Below are positions 28,118 to 37,998 of a stretch of 64,000 nt of DNA, piece after piece. The stretch lies in contig DAIDHL010000001.1 of the NCBI GenBank assembly GCA_027459745.1, forward strand, positions 77,828 to 141,827, given 5' to 3'. Position 1 is the stretch's first letter, and the number at the start of each line of letters is the position of its first letter. The notes under the pieces are model-generated. The model searched no databases and was not told the DNA's origin. It saw nothing but the letters and a program-made list of their open reading frames with translations. Both the position numbers and the translations under genes were made by a program. The stretch is from Candidatus Levyibacteriota bacterium (GTDB lineage: Bacteria; Patescibacteriota; Microgenomatia; Levybacterales; UBA12049).

Positions 28118-30733
28118 TTAGTTTACTTCTCTCGCGCCGACTTCAACGACCGTAAAACCAGCACGCATGATTTTTGGTAAGATTGGCGCAGTAAGCTGTT
28201 GGCTAGTAGTGACTGGCTCTAAGAGAAGCTGTATGCGATAGATATGATCAGGTGAGGGAAAGATTGTGAGGGGTAAATACCTTGCAAGTTCTTTTGGAGA
28301 AACAAATGAAACCTTCACCTCAGATGTGGTAATTGTCTGTGCGCTGCGAGTCACATCCGCCAAGAGTGCAGTTGATTCATTATCATTTAAACCCATTTTT
28401 GTTGCTAGTTGTTTAATAAAACTTACCAAATCGGTTTTGTTTACAATGTACCCTTGTTGGGGAGTGGTGAAATGAACGGAGTTTGGGTCATATTCATAGT
28501 AAAGTTCATCACGATTCATGCCGTTAGTTTGTAGGTGTCCATTTGGTTGGGCAGTCACCTTCCAGGTGTTATTGACCACAGTAGGATCAGTATATGTGAG
28601 TGTCGCCCCACTCTTCACTTTAACTACTTTGGTATTTTGGGGATAGAGGAAAAGCGCGGGAGAAACTCCGCTAATATGACAACTTATCGTAGTGTTAGAA
28701 ACTCCAATATTACTTTTCAAAAACACCCAACCAAGATATGTCAACGTCGATGAAGAGAATAAATCTGATTTAGCGGCAATTATAGAAATTTGATTATTTT
28801 GAATCGCTGCATAAATATCATTTGCAACGTTATTTGCATTCACTTCTACTTCAGGCACAAATGATGCTATTTGGGGTGAAGAAAGAAAAACATTGCCAGA
28901 ACCTTCACTAGCGCAATTATATAAAGGTGCTGATCTCTGATAAGGAATATTTACTGGACATGTTCCGTATCCAGGTGGGATAGGATTTATAGCGTTGCTA
29001 GCTATGCCTGTAGAGATCATACCAGAGTTTATATAAAAGAATAATGTTTTTACATCCTCAGTATTTTTAATATACTGATATATAGATTTATTTTGTACTA
29101 AATATTTTGCAACATTAATATCGTATTGTTGCTCAACTGTTTTATAAAAGGTATCTTTGATTGCCGCAAGAGCATTTATAGGAACACTACGAGATACAAT
29201 ATTAAATGAATGAGGCGTTTTAGCATCTGACTGCACTAAGACAGTTCCTACTCCAGGAACATTTAGAGTTATAGCACCTCGAGTCATGCCTGAAGCATTA
29301 CATTCCACAGTTCCTGAATTCGAGTAAGTCTCAGATGGAATTAACGTTGGTGTGAGGAGAATCTCAGATGCAGTAGTTGTTGCAACTGTTGGAGTAATCT
29401 GGAAAGTTTTGAGCTGCAGTGAGTTGGGATTCTGTGTTTGAGCAAAAACTGGTGGTATCACTGAGGCAAAAAATGTCGTCATTTTATCCATTAAAGAAGT
29501 CCATGAGGAAGAAAGATTGAAAGCAGTATTTTCACTTAAGAAGGTAGTAAGATTCGTCATCGCCGGCACCATCTGGACGAAATTGACGCGGTATCCTGAA
29601 TTAAGCGTTGTGTAACCCCGAAAGACATACATTGGAACGAAATTTGTTTGTACCGCATCATCAGGTTTCTCAATATACGCCAGTTGTTCGTCTGTTATTG
29701 TTGCATTTGTGGCAAAGGCTTGATTGTTCGGATAGACACTCTGCCAGTTGATCACTCCACTACCCGAAGGGATAGTTAAAGAAAAAGATGCTAGATGATT
29801 CTCCAATCTTTTTTGAGCAACTTGTGGTGAGAGAAGTTTATCTGGTTGGAATGTTTGAGTTTTTGTACTATCTATCCAACGAAGTTTTGAATCTATTTCA
29901 TGAATCATACCATTGGGAGTAACGACTACTGTTAAGGTATTGAAATCATTTGGTCGTGCTTTCCCCGTTGCTTCTGGTTGTGAGATGCCATTAGAGATCA
30001 CATTGATAATATTGTGGTCAGCCGGGCTTTGTGCATTGACCTCTCCAACTTGTAGAGTGGATAAAGGTATATTTTCTGGAATATTGAGTAACCCTATAGG
30101 ATTGTAAATCGGTGCTCCAATTTTGTCCCAATCTCTATGACACTCCACATAAGTAGAGGGTGTGGTTTTCATTTGATAGGTGATCGGACAAGAGACAGTT
30201 GCATCGGCAATACCAAGCTGCGAAAGCATGGCCATCGCTTCTTCTTGTGGATTCATACCCGAAACGTAATTTGTTGGAGTAGTGTCGGCATATGATTGAT
30301 AGTCAAAAGTACCACTCAATCTATCAAAGACCAATATTCCCCGATGATACACATCTGTCCTATTGGAAACCATGTCATAATGAGTATTGGTAGATTGAAA
30401 GTCAGTCAGACCGAGCTTCTGGGCAAATGAAAGAATCTCATCCTTGGTAAAATTACTCTTCATCGTATAAGCGGAAAGCGTCTGTGGAACGACTGGGGTA
30501 ATGACATTTGGAGCAGAACTGTATGTATGGAAGTTAACTGTAGGAGCAGGATACATTTGTGATGTTGTTTTTTTTGTCAGGTTGGTTGAAGATGGTGAAA
30601 CTTGTCTGTTTAAATTTGACCTATTTATAAATAAAAGCAAGATATTTAGAAGACATGAGGCTATGACAACTATACTTATACTGATGCTTAGCTTTTTATG
30701 TTGTTGGTACCAACTTTTTATATCCTCAAGCAT
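28118..30733 (-). CDS. Large membrane-anchored extracellular protein, no recognisable domain
   Basis: 871 aa with an N-terminal signal-anchor helix. The body is T/S/N-rich and beta-rich, and scattered Cys residues pair up. Confidence 0.7.
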   Translation of the reverse strand: MLEDIKSWYQQHKKLSISISIVVIASCLLNILLLFINRSNLNRQVSPSSTNLTKKTTSQMYPAPTVNFHTYSSAPNVITPVVPQTLSAYTMKSNFTKDEILSFAQKLGLTDFQSTNTHYDMVSNRTDVYHRGILVFDRLSGTFDYQSYADTTPTNYVSGMNPQEEAMAMLSQLGIADATVSCPITYQMKTTPSTYVECHRDWDKIGAPIYNPIGLLNIPENIPLSTLQVGEVNAQSPADHNIINVISNGISQPEATGKARPNDFNTLTVVVTPNGMIHEIDSKLRWIDSTKTQTFQPDKLLSPQVAQKRLENHLASFSLTIPSGSGVINWQSVYPNNQAFATNATITDEQLAYIEKPDDAVQTNFVPMYVFRGYTTLNSGYRVNFVQMVPAMTNLTTFLSENTAFNLSSSWTSLMDKMTTFFASVIPPVFAQTQNPNSLQLKTFQITPTVATTTASEILLTPTLIPSETYSNSGTVECNASGMTRGAITLNVPGVGTVLVQSDAKTPHSFNIVSRSVPINALAAIKDTFYKTVEQQYDINVAKYLVQNKSIYQYIKNTEDVKTLFFYINSGMISTGIASNAINPIPPGYGTCPVNIPYQRSAPLYNCASEGSGNVFLSSPQIASFVPEVEVNANNVANDIYAAIQNNQISIIAAKSDLFSSSTLTYLGWVFLKSNIGVSNTTISCHISGVSPALFLYPQNTKVVKVKSGATLTYTDPTVVNNTWKVTAQPNGHLQTNGMNRDELYYEYDPNSVHFTTPQQGYIVNKTDLVSFIKQLATKMGLNDNESTALLADVTRSAQTITTSEVKVSFVSPKELARYLPLTIFPSPDHIYRIQLLLEPVTTSQQLTAPILPKIMRAGFTVVEVGAREVN

Positions 30734-30847
30734 ATATTCAGTATGGGATAATAGAAATGATTTGTAAAGATAAAAACCTTAGTGTAGGATTTTCAGTCTC
30801 CGGCTCAGTGAATAATAAACGAACTTAAATTACTGGTAATTAAACCA

Positions 30848-32572
30848 TTAATAAGTCTTAAATCCTGCGGAGTTGGTTGATGCACTTACATCTGAAGTTC
30901 GTGTAAAAGAATCAATGGGACTAGGTGAGAGACTAGGATAACTATTGATTGCAGATTGAGATGCATCGTAAGGAGTTACAACTTGGAGTGGCGTTGAATT
31001 CATCGGTGTAGGCGATATCAGAGGAGACGCAAACACCTTATGGTCATATCCAGAAAATCCAAGAGGAATAGTATTGAGATAATTCAAAGCTCCTGTGGTA
31101 ATATCCAAATCGTAAAGTTTGGACCCACCAAATTGTCTTGCGCCCATTTCCGCAACGAGTAAATGCGTATAATCGCCATTAAAGTTAAGAACAGCTAATC
31201 CTTGATTAGCAATTTGATGTGACTGACCAGTTGCTAAATCATAATAATCGAGTGTTTCATTAGTAATTCCGCCTGAGTTGGCATTATACATTACTTGTTC
31301 ATATTGATTGTAGATGAAGCCTTTTGAGAAGTCATATATAAAATTTAACGTAAATTCGTGTGCAGGATTAATGGTGGTAAATTGATGTGTTGAGAGATCA
31401 AAATACCCAAAGACGCTGTCGTTATCATTTACGGATGGAGTGCCGGTATAGAATATTTTATTGGCACTAGTAACATGTGCAAACTGGAAATAGTAGGTCT
31501 CTCCACCTGTTGTATCGACAAGTTGTGTGGTCTTGCCATCGGGATACAATTGAAAAATTCCAGCTCGATCAGGAGAAGATAGATAATTCTCCATTATGAT
31601 GGAAGAACTGTCTTCTTCCCATCCAGCTCGTGCAACGCCAGGACCACCGATACTCCACTGAGATTTCAAACGCGTGAGATGATTATCTGAAAAATTATAG
31701 AAAAAATATGTAGGCTGGTTAGTATAGGCAGCACTTCCGGATGCGATAGGAACGTCTGCAAAAGGGTCTATCGGTTCCTGGTTGTCGTAGTCGAAAAATG
31801 CGTACTTTTCGTCCGGAGAAATGTAAATATCTGACCATGCAGCAAGTGCTCCAGCAGGTAGGTTATCAACAGAAATAACTTGCATAAATTCTTTATCGAT
31901 CAGATCATATGTATATATACTAAAGCGGTACCTGGCTGTGTCATTTATAAAGGCCTGTTCTGTTGTATCACTGTCGGTTCGTTGTTGTACGGCGAAAATT
32001 AATTTCTTTTGGCTATTTAGATAATACACATTATAGATTGAAGAACCGTTAGAATTTATATAGCCGGTGTGAGGAATTTGCGCGATATCCAAAATAGTAT
32101 ATTCTGCATTGGTGGCTAAATCATATCCATGAATCTTTGTCTGGTTAAAGCTATAAAAAATAACAGGATCTATTTGCTGGGCTGAAGAAGAAGCAGGTGG
32201 AAGAAGTGTCATAGCTTGTGTAGAAGGTGTGAGTAACAGTGGATTGATAAAGCCTGAAGCGATTTTATTACTTGCGCTAATATTTATCTGATCATTGATG
32301 TTTGCTCTCTTTTGAATTTGTGAAAAAATTGGTGAGACTGGTTTGGGAGATGAATAGACTGGATGGGATGCAACTTTAGGAAAAATCTTTTGCGGATGTA
32401 TTGGGAAGAGAAACCGAGGTATTAGTAAAAAGGCTGCTAAGGTTAAAATACTTAGGATAACTAGGCACCCAAGTACTAGTAAAAAAACACTATTCACCTG
32501 AAAAATATTTTTTGGTGGTTGGGTAACTTGTGAAACTCCCGTGTCGTTTGGAGGAGTGAAAGTGGTATCCAT
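30848..32572 (-). CDS. Membrane-anchored extracellular protein (possible beta-propeller), hypothetical
   Basis: 574 aa with an N-terminal TM, an S/P-rich linker, and repetitive Y/F/D/G-rich blocks consistent with a propeller fold. Confidence 0.65.
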   Translation of the reverse strand: MDTTFTPPNDTGVSQVTQPPKNIFQVNSVFLLVLGCLVILSILTLAAFLLIPRFLFPIHPQKIFPKVASHPVYSSPKPVSPIFSQIQKRANINDQINISASNKIASGFINPLLLTPSTQAMTLLPPASSSAQQIDPVIFYSFNQTKIHGYDLATNAEYTILDIAQIPHTGYINSNGSSIYNVYYLNSQKKLIFAVQQRTDSDTTEQAFINDTARYRFSIYTYDLIDKEFMQVISVDNLPAGALAAWSDIYISPDEKYAFFDYDNQEPIDPFADVPIASGSAAYTNQPTYFFYNFSDNHLTRLKSQWSIGGPGVARAGWEEDSSSIIMENYLSSPDRAGIFQLYPDGKTTQLVDTTGGETYYFQFAHVTSANKIFYTGTPSVNDNDSVFGYFDLSTHQFTTINPAHEFTLNFIYDFSKGFIYNQYEQVMYNANSGGITNETLDYYDLATGQSHQIANQGLAVLNFNGDYTHLLVAEMGARQFGGSKLYDLDITTGALNYLNTIPLGFSGYDHKVFASPLISPTPMNSTPLQVVTPYDASQSAINSYPSLSPSPIDSFTRTSDVSASTNSAGFKTY

Positions 32573-32677
32573 ACATTCAGTATTATCAATCTATACAAAA
32601 AAAGCAATTAAATTTTATAAATCTCCACTTGTACAAAACAAAAAGTATTTTAGTTATCTCAACTTGAAAGACAATAT

Positions 32678-33250
32678 TTGAACCTATATAATTATGATAT
32701 GACGGTATTAATTTTGCATGGAGTGGGAGGATATGCGGGAATTCATTGGCTGCAGTGGATGCATGATGAATTAGTCGCAGAAAGTTATACCGTCATTATG
32801 CCCACACTGCCAAATTCCGATCGTCCCGATCGCAAGCAATGGTTACAAGTCATTAAAAACGCAGTGAAGGATGTAAATATTTCAGAATTAATAATTGTGG
32901 GACATTCATTGGGTGTGCCAGCTGCTTTGGATTTTATTGAGCAAGTGGGTGGCAAGGTTAAAGCACTAATCTCAGTGTCAGGATTTTCGGATAATTATGG
33001 TAGTCCTATTAATGATTTCTACATGCGAGAAAAGAATATTGATTTTGTAAAAGTCAAAGAACATTTGGAAAAAAGTTTCGTAATTTATGCAGATGATGAT
33101 CCGCATGTTCCACAGACAAGTTTGCAGTTATTAGCTGATAGTTTAGGAGTTGAACCAATAGTAATTCCTCATGGTGGACATTTTAATAGTGATACTAAAT
33201 TCAAAAAAGAATTTCCTCTACTTCTGGAGATAATTAATAACATAGAATGA
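32678..33250 (+). CDS. Serine hydrolase, YdeN/RBBP9-like alpha/beta fold
   Basis: Nucleophile elbow GHSLGV. About 190 aa, typical of the Ser_hydrolase (DUF1234) family. C-terminal His in HGGHF. Confidence 0.7.
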   Translation: MNLYNYDMTVLILHGVGGYAGIHWLQWMHDELVAESYTVIMPTLPNSDRPDRKQWLQVIKNAVKDVNISELIIVGHSLGVPAALDFIEQVGGKVKALISVSGFSDNYGSPINDFYMREKNIDFVKVKEHLEKSFVIYADDDPHVPQTSLQLLADSLGVEPIVIPHGGHFNSDTKFKKEFPLLLEIINNIE

Positions 33251-33279
33251 GCGTTTTTTCCTAGTGATATAATGCATGC

Positions 33280-34254
33280 ATGATCATCAATGATAGAATC
33301 TACGGAAAAATAAATATCAAGAATAAGCTAATTATTGAGTTAATTAATTCCAAACCTCTTCAACGTTTGAAAAAAATCAGTCAAGATGGCGCAGTCCATT
33401 ATATAGAACCCTTTCGAGACGAAACTAGATTTGAACATAGTATTGGTGCTTGGTATTTATCCTACAAGTTTAAACGTCCAATTGAAGAACAAATTGCTTC
33501 ACTTCTACATGATGTTCCACATACAGCTTTTTCTCACGTAATTGATTTTGTTATGCATGACGAGAACCACGAATTTCATGATAGATTTACCACTGAGATT
33601 ATTCTTAATTCCGAAATCCCTGAGATCTGTCGTAAACATGGTTTAGATATACAAAAAGTTTTACATAAAGAAAATTTTTATTTGCTGGATAATAAACTTC
33701 CTGATATCTCAGTTGATCGTTGGGATTATTTTATGCGTGATGCATATACATTTGGTATATTACCAATGGAGATAATCAAATTATTTTTGAAATCCATTAA
33801 AGAAGAAAAAGAAAGATTTTATTTTATTGATGTAAAAATTGCTAGTTTGTTCGCAATCATGTTTATGAATTCTTCCCGTCTGATGTGGCTGGATCCTACC
33901 TCTCATGGATCATTTTTTTTAGTTGCAGAACCGATTAAAATCGCTCTAAAGAAAGGTTACATTCAACAACAGGATCTGTTTAAAACGGATGATATTGTAA
34001 TGAAGAAACTGAAATCAGTTCAAGATGAAGAGATTGATAAATATTTAAGACGACTAAAACCTGGTAAGTATTTTTATTACGCGGCCGAAGAAAGTGCTGA
34101 ATTTTTCGGACCTAACAAACCTAGATTTGTGGATCCTTGGGTAAAAGTAAAAGGAAAGTTAGTTAATCTCTCTAGCTTAGTTCCTGGTCTTAGAGAATAC
34201 TTTGAGGAGTTTAGGTTACGGCACAACAAATTGGGTGTAAGTCAGTATGATTAA
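33280..34254 (+). CDS. HD-domain protein with dNTP-triphosphohydrolase-like (dGTPase/SAMHD1-type) motifs
   Basis: FEHSIGAW (H), LLHDVPHTAFSH (HD), and DISVDRWDYFMRDAYTFG. The last matches the conserved D..DR.DY..RD motif of HD dNTPases. It is shorter (324 aa) than canonical dGTPases. Confidence 0.65.
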   Translation: MIINDRIYGKINIKNKLIIELINSKPLQRLKKISQDGAVHYIEPFRDETRFEHSIGAWYLSYKFKRPIEEQIASLLHDVPHTAFSHVIDFVMHDENHEFHDRFTTEIILNSEIPEICRKHGLDIQKVLHKENFYLLDNKLPDISVDRWDYFMRDAYTFGILPMEIIKLFLKSIKEEKERFYFIDVKIASLFAIMFMNSSRLMWLDPTSHGSFFLVAEPIKIALKKGYIQQQDLFKTDDIVMKKLKSVQDEEIDKYLRRLKPGKYFYYAAEESAEFFGPNKPRFVDPWVKVKGKLVNLSSLVPGLREYFEEFRLRHNKLGVSQYD

Positions 34255-34256
34255 GA

Positions 34257-34958
34257 TTAAGCTGCTTTGGATTTAGGTGTATGCGCTTTAAATTGTAATA
34301 TTTCTTTGTGATCAATATCAACCTTGTTATTTTTAGCCGCTTTCTGCATTAATTTAAAAGTTCCATCCGGGCTGATTATCCTAAAGAAAGTGTCATACAT
34401 ACCATTATCTCTATTGTAAACTCTTTCGTGGGCTTCGGTTACATCAGTTTGAGTAATCTCTTTTTTATCCTCTAACATTACAGCTATCTCATTTACTCTC
34501 CGTTCTTTTCCTCGGTTTTCGTTATCTCCTGCGTTTGCCGCAGTTTCATAACTAGCGCCAAATTTATATTTTGCAAGTCTAAGGTCATGACTAGATCCTT
34601 TAGGATCAAATTTCATTGCAGCACCGATATTAGCTAAAGTAAGTTTTACTGGGATAGTTCTTCCTAAGGAATACGTTGATGTATCAGGAAGAATTGACGC
34701 CATAACTATACCACCGCTACTTTGGCTAGCCTCAACGTGTAATGCTTCATGTATGGCGGTTTCGTCCTTGGCCATTCTCAAAGGTCTTATCATAGCTTCC
34801 GCCTCAATAATAGTTCCTTTCAGGACTCCTGCCTCGAACTTTTTAGCCACGAAATTCTGATTTTGACTAAATGTAAATGTTTCTTTCATATTCCGGAGTA
34901 TATGCTTGAAGCTAGTAAAAATCAATCTTAAGTGCAGATTAATGATTTGATTTAACAC
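34257..34958 (-). CDS. Hypothetical protein; contains an HEALH (HExxH-like) motif of uncertain significance
   Basis: ORF only. The probable start is the internal Met at MKETF. Confidence 0.45.
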   Translation of the reverse strand: MLNQIINLHLRLIFTSFKHILRNMKETFTFSQNQNFVAKKFEAGVLKGTIIEAEAMIRPLRMAKDETAIHEALHVEASQSSGGIVMASILPDTSTYSLGRTIPVKLTLANIGAAMKFDPKGSSHDLRLAKYKFGASYETAANAGDNENRGKERRVNEIAVMLEDKKEITQTDVTEAHERVYNRDNGMYDTFFRIISPDGTFKLMQKAAKNNKVDIDHKEILQFKAHTPKSKAA

Positions 34959-34970
34959 ATAATGTATCTA

Positions 34971-34998
34971 TTGACAATATATCGAATTATGATATAAT
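34971..34998 (+). promoter_or_regulatory. Near-consensus promoter of the padR operon (-35 TTGACA 34971-34976, 16-nt spacer, -10 TATAAT 34993-34998). The predicted transcription start coincides with the ATG at 35005, so the mRNA is leaderless.
   Basis: Hexamers read directly. An ACAT-A-ATGT inverted repeat lies immediately upstream (a PadR-type operator candidate). Confidence 0.45.
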
Positions 34999-35004
34999 AA
35001 GAAT

Positions 35005-35373
35005 ATGAGCAAACATAAACAGTTTTCTGAACAAAATTATTCTTTAAGTCCAGCTATTTTCTATATTCTTCTTTCACTAGCTAATACACCACGTCATGGT
35101 TATGACATCATGAAACAAGTTGAAGCAGATTCACAAGGTAAAGTTAAATTAGGTCCGGGAACATTATATGGAGCTATTAAACGTATGTTAGAAGACAAGT
35201 TAATTAGCGAGACAGACTCTGAACATGCACGTCGAAAATATTACCAATTATCAGAAAAAGGACGAGCAATATTTTCCAAAGAATTACAAAGATATGATGA
35301 AGCTGTACAGCTGGCTAAAAAACGCAGTTTATTATTAAATCCATTGAATAAAATCAATCTAGCATATGTATGA
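35005..35373 (+). CDS. padR: PadR-family transcriptional regulator
   Basis: Winged-helix PadR signature PRHGYDIMKQV...GPGTLYGAIKRMLEDKLI. Confidence 0.85.
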   Translation: MSKHKQFSEQNYSLSPAIFYILLSLANTPRHGYDIMKQVEADSQGKVKLGPGTLYGAIKRMLEDKLISETDSEHARRKYYQLSEKGRAIFSKELQRYDEAVQLAKKRSLLLNPLNKINLAYV

Positions 35374-36067
35374 CACGAAAACTATTCAACTTCCAGAAAA
35401 AGCAGAAAAGTTATTTAGTTTGTTGTTATTATTTTATCCCAAAGAATACAAGAAAAAGTTTGGCAATGAAATACAAATATTATTAAAGGATTTATATCAA
35501 GAGGAATTAGCTACAAGAAGGGAAGTCGAAATTTGGTTTTGGATAAGTAAAAGTATGGATATTATAAAAAACGCATTCATACAGCATATAGATTTAATTA
35601 ATCAACAAGGTATGAAAAAATATTTAAAATCAGAATTTAATTTTAATAGATATAATTTAATTGGTACTATTTTTCTGACTCCTGCTTTGACGGTGTTTGC
35701 TATAGATTTAATTTCTCGAGTAATTCAGTTTGACTTAGTACATTATAATCGTCCAGTCTATAATTTCTTGTCTCATACACCATTGTATTGGTATCCAGTG
35801 CTCGTAACGTGGGTAATAGTTTTACCTACTTTAGCAGTAATAATTAACCTAATACCTTTAATTAAAAATATGCAGTCTAAAAAGAAGTCTATCTATGTTA
35901 AGTTATTTAATAAACAAAATCTCTTTAGTTTAATCATATTATTTTTAGGATTAATGTTTTTAGCAATAATTAAGCTTCATGATTTCGCTCCATGTATATT
36001 GCATGGTTTGATCCTTAAAGGATTTAGTAATTTAGGTTTAATAATTAATATGTGTAGAAATGCATAG
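35366..36067 (+). CDS. PadR-associated polytopic membrane protein
   Basis: Overlaps the padR stop (ATGTATGA). About 6 TM. Confidence 0.6.
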   Translation: MYDTKTIQLPEKAEKLFSLLLLFYPKEYKKKFGNEIQILLKDLYQEELATRREVEIWFWISKSMDIIKNAFIQHIDLINQQGMKKYLKSEFNFNRYNLIGTIFLTPALTVFAIDLISRVIQFDLVHYNRPVYNFLSHTPLYWYPVLVTWVIVLPTLAVIINLIPLIKNMQSKKKSIYVKLFNKQNLFSLIILFLGLMFLAIIKLHDFAPCILHGLILKGFSNLGLIINMCRNA

Positions 36068-36491
36068 ATATATGGAAATTAATAAATGGATTTGTTTGTC
36101 AATATTTGTAGTATTTGTATTAAGTGTCTCATTGAGTTTTAAAATTGGTTATTTATTTGGTGGATTAAATAAAAGTTTGACAGTCGTACCGGTAAATGCA
36201 GAACAATTAGCAGAAGCCATGCAAGGTGATAATTTTTACGGTAAATTTAACAGTGATATGCTTTTACTCAAGGGAACTATTAAAAATATTCAACAAAGGG
36301 ATAATACAACTCTAATTTATTTTAAAGTATCTGATGGCATAAATGTGTTACCTCAAGTATTTTGTCAGACGCGAAATTCAGTTTTTAATTTAAGTGTTGG
36401 GCAATCTTTAAGCATTCTGACAGTAGCACACGCAGCTAATAGAGTAAATAAGGCAGACATATCTTTACAGAATTGTTATATTCTTCAATGA
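36060..36491 (+). CDS. Membrane-anchored small protein, possibly OB-fold (tRNA_anti-like/YdeI-type)
   Basis: N-terminal TM plus a ~110-aa beta-rich domain. Overlaps the upstream gene by 8 nt. Confidence 0.4.
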   Translation: MHRYMEINKWICLSIFVVFVLSVSLSFKIGYLFGGLNKSLTVVPVNAEQLAEAMQGDNFYGKFNSDMLLLKGTIKNIQQRDNTTLIYFKVSDGINVLPQVFCQTRNSVFNLSVGQSLSILTVAHAANRVNKADISLQNCYILQ

Positions 36492-36533
36492 CTTCTTACA
36501 CAAAGTTTGAAATGAGCGCATATAATCGTTTAT

Positions 36534-37577
36534 ATGCGAAAAATTATCTTCATTGTTTTAATATTTTTGATTTTAATTTTTGCAATAACATTATTATTAG
36601 GCAATAAGGTTAAATCTCCACTATCCAGTATTAAGAAAAGAGTCTCTATAAATCCTTCATCTACCACTGAGAAATCTAATGATCCTTTAGCGATTAATTA
36701 TATGCAAAGGGTAAGATATCCTGGAAGTAATATAATGATAGTGCATATTTTGTCATCAGGTACAAATTATTATCGTTATTTAACCTCTTATCAGTCTGAT
36801 AACCTAACAATTTATGCTCTTCTTACTGTTCCTGAAGGTGCTAAGCCTGAAGGTGGATGGCCAGTTATAGTTTTTAATCATGGTTACATTCCTCCTTCAC
36901 AATACTCTACTACAAGTAGTTATTCAGTGATGATTGATCCACTTGCAGCAGCGGGATGTATCGTGTTTGTACCTGATTATCGAGGTAATAATGATTCTCA
37001 AGGCGTTGCCCAACAACCTTATGTTTCGCCAGATGATGTTACAGATAGCATGAATGCGATTGCATCTATTAAACATTATAAAGATGCCAACCCAAATAAA
37101 ATTGCGGTAGTAGGACATTCAATGGGAGGAAATGTAACTCTTCATGAATTAGTTATTTCTCACGATATCAAGGCTGCAGCAATATTATCTGGGGTAGTTG
37201 GAAATGAAAATGATTTATTGAAATGGTGGAATTACAGGTATTCTGCTCATATAATTTCAGGGAATGATTTGGATACATACTACTCCTTACAAAATATGAT
37301 AAAAGAACGCGGAAGTTTAAATAAAAACCCAGATTATTGGAATTCGATCGATCCCACAAAATTTCTTCAAAATATTGACATACCGATACAAATTCAAATA
37401 GGTACGGCGGATGATCAAGTTCCAATTAGTTTCTCATTAAGTTTAAGGGACACCTTACAGTCGGAAGGGAAAACAGTCGATTTTCATCAATATCCTGATG
37501 CAAATCATAATCTTTCACCAGATATTACTACTGCAAAGCAGCAGGTCATTAGTTTTTTTAAGCAATATCTGAATTAG
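36534..37577 (+). CDS. Alpha/beta hydrolase (prolyl oligopeptidase S9 / dienelactone hydrolase-like)
   Basis: N-terminal TM anchor. Nucleophile elbow VVGHSMGG. A catalytic Asp/His pair lies near the C-terminus (DDQVP, ANHNL). Confidence 0.7.
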   Translation: MRKIIFIVLIFLILIFAITLLLGNKVKSPLSSIKKRVSINPSSTTEKSNDPLAINYMQRVRYPGSNIMIVHILSSGTNYYRYLTSYQSDNLTIYALLTVPEGAKPEGGWPVIVFNHGYIPPSQYSTTSSYSVMIDPLAAAGCIVFVPDYRGNNDSQGVAQQPYVSPDDVTDSMNAIASIKHYKDANPNKIAVVGHSMGGNVTLHELVISHDIKAAAILSGVVGNENDLLKWWNYRYSAHIISGNDLDTYYSLQNMIKERGSLNKNPDYWNSIDPTKFLQNIDIPIQIQIGTADDQVPISFSLSLRDTLQSEGKTVDFHQYPDANHNLSPDITTAKQQVISFFKQYLN

Positions 37578-37998
37578 TAATTTCTTCTAGGTTCAAACCA
37601 TTAATTATCGCAGAGCCTAGGTAAAAAGGTAAAACTAATGTCTGATGACTTGGTTCAGGTACTGAGTAATATAACATACTTCCTGTTGCAGCAGCTCCTG
37701 CTATGGTTCTGACGAAGTCATTTAGTTTGCTTAAACGAGCTTCTTTTTTACTTGTTTTTGCATAATATGCGCCAAAACCAATAAGTGTAGGGACGGAAGC
37801 TGCTAAAGTGAGAGTGGAATAACCAATGGGAGTTGTAGCTTCTATACCCATAGCTGCAGCTGCAAAAAGAACAGTGGCTCGACGCAAATTTCTAGTATGA
37901 ATAACTTTATTTATACTATCCTTCGTAGTCTCCATGGGCTTAAAGAGTTGTTCTAAAAGCATGGAGTGAGTTATAGCTAATATGATCAGATATGTCAA
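37558..37998 (-). CDS. Hypothetical membrane protein (start uncertain)
   Basis: ORF with 3 hydrophobic segments. Its 5' end overlaps the divergent DUF45 ORF by 17 nt, so one of the two starts is probably later. Confidence 0.35.
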   Translation of the reverse strand: MTYLIILAITHSMLLEQLFKPMETTKDSINKVIHTRNLRRATVLFAAAAMGIEATTPIGYSTLTLAASVPTLIGFGAYYAKTSKKEARLSKLNDFVRTIAGAAATGSMLYYSVPEPSHQTLVLPFYLGSAIINGLNLEEITNSDIA

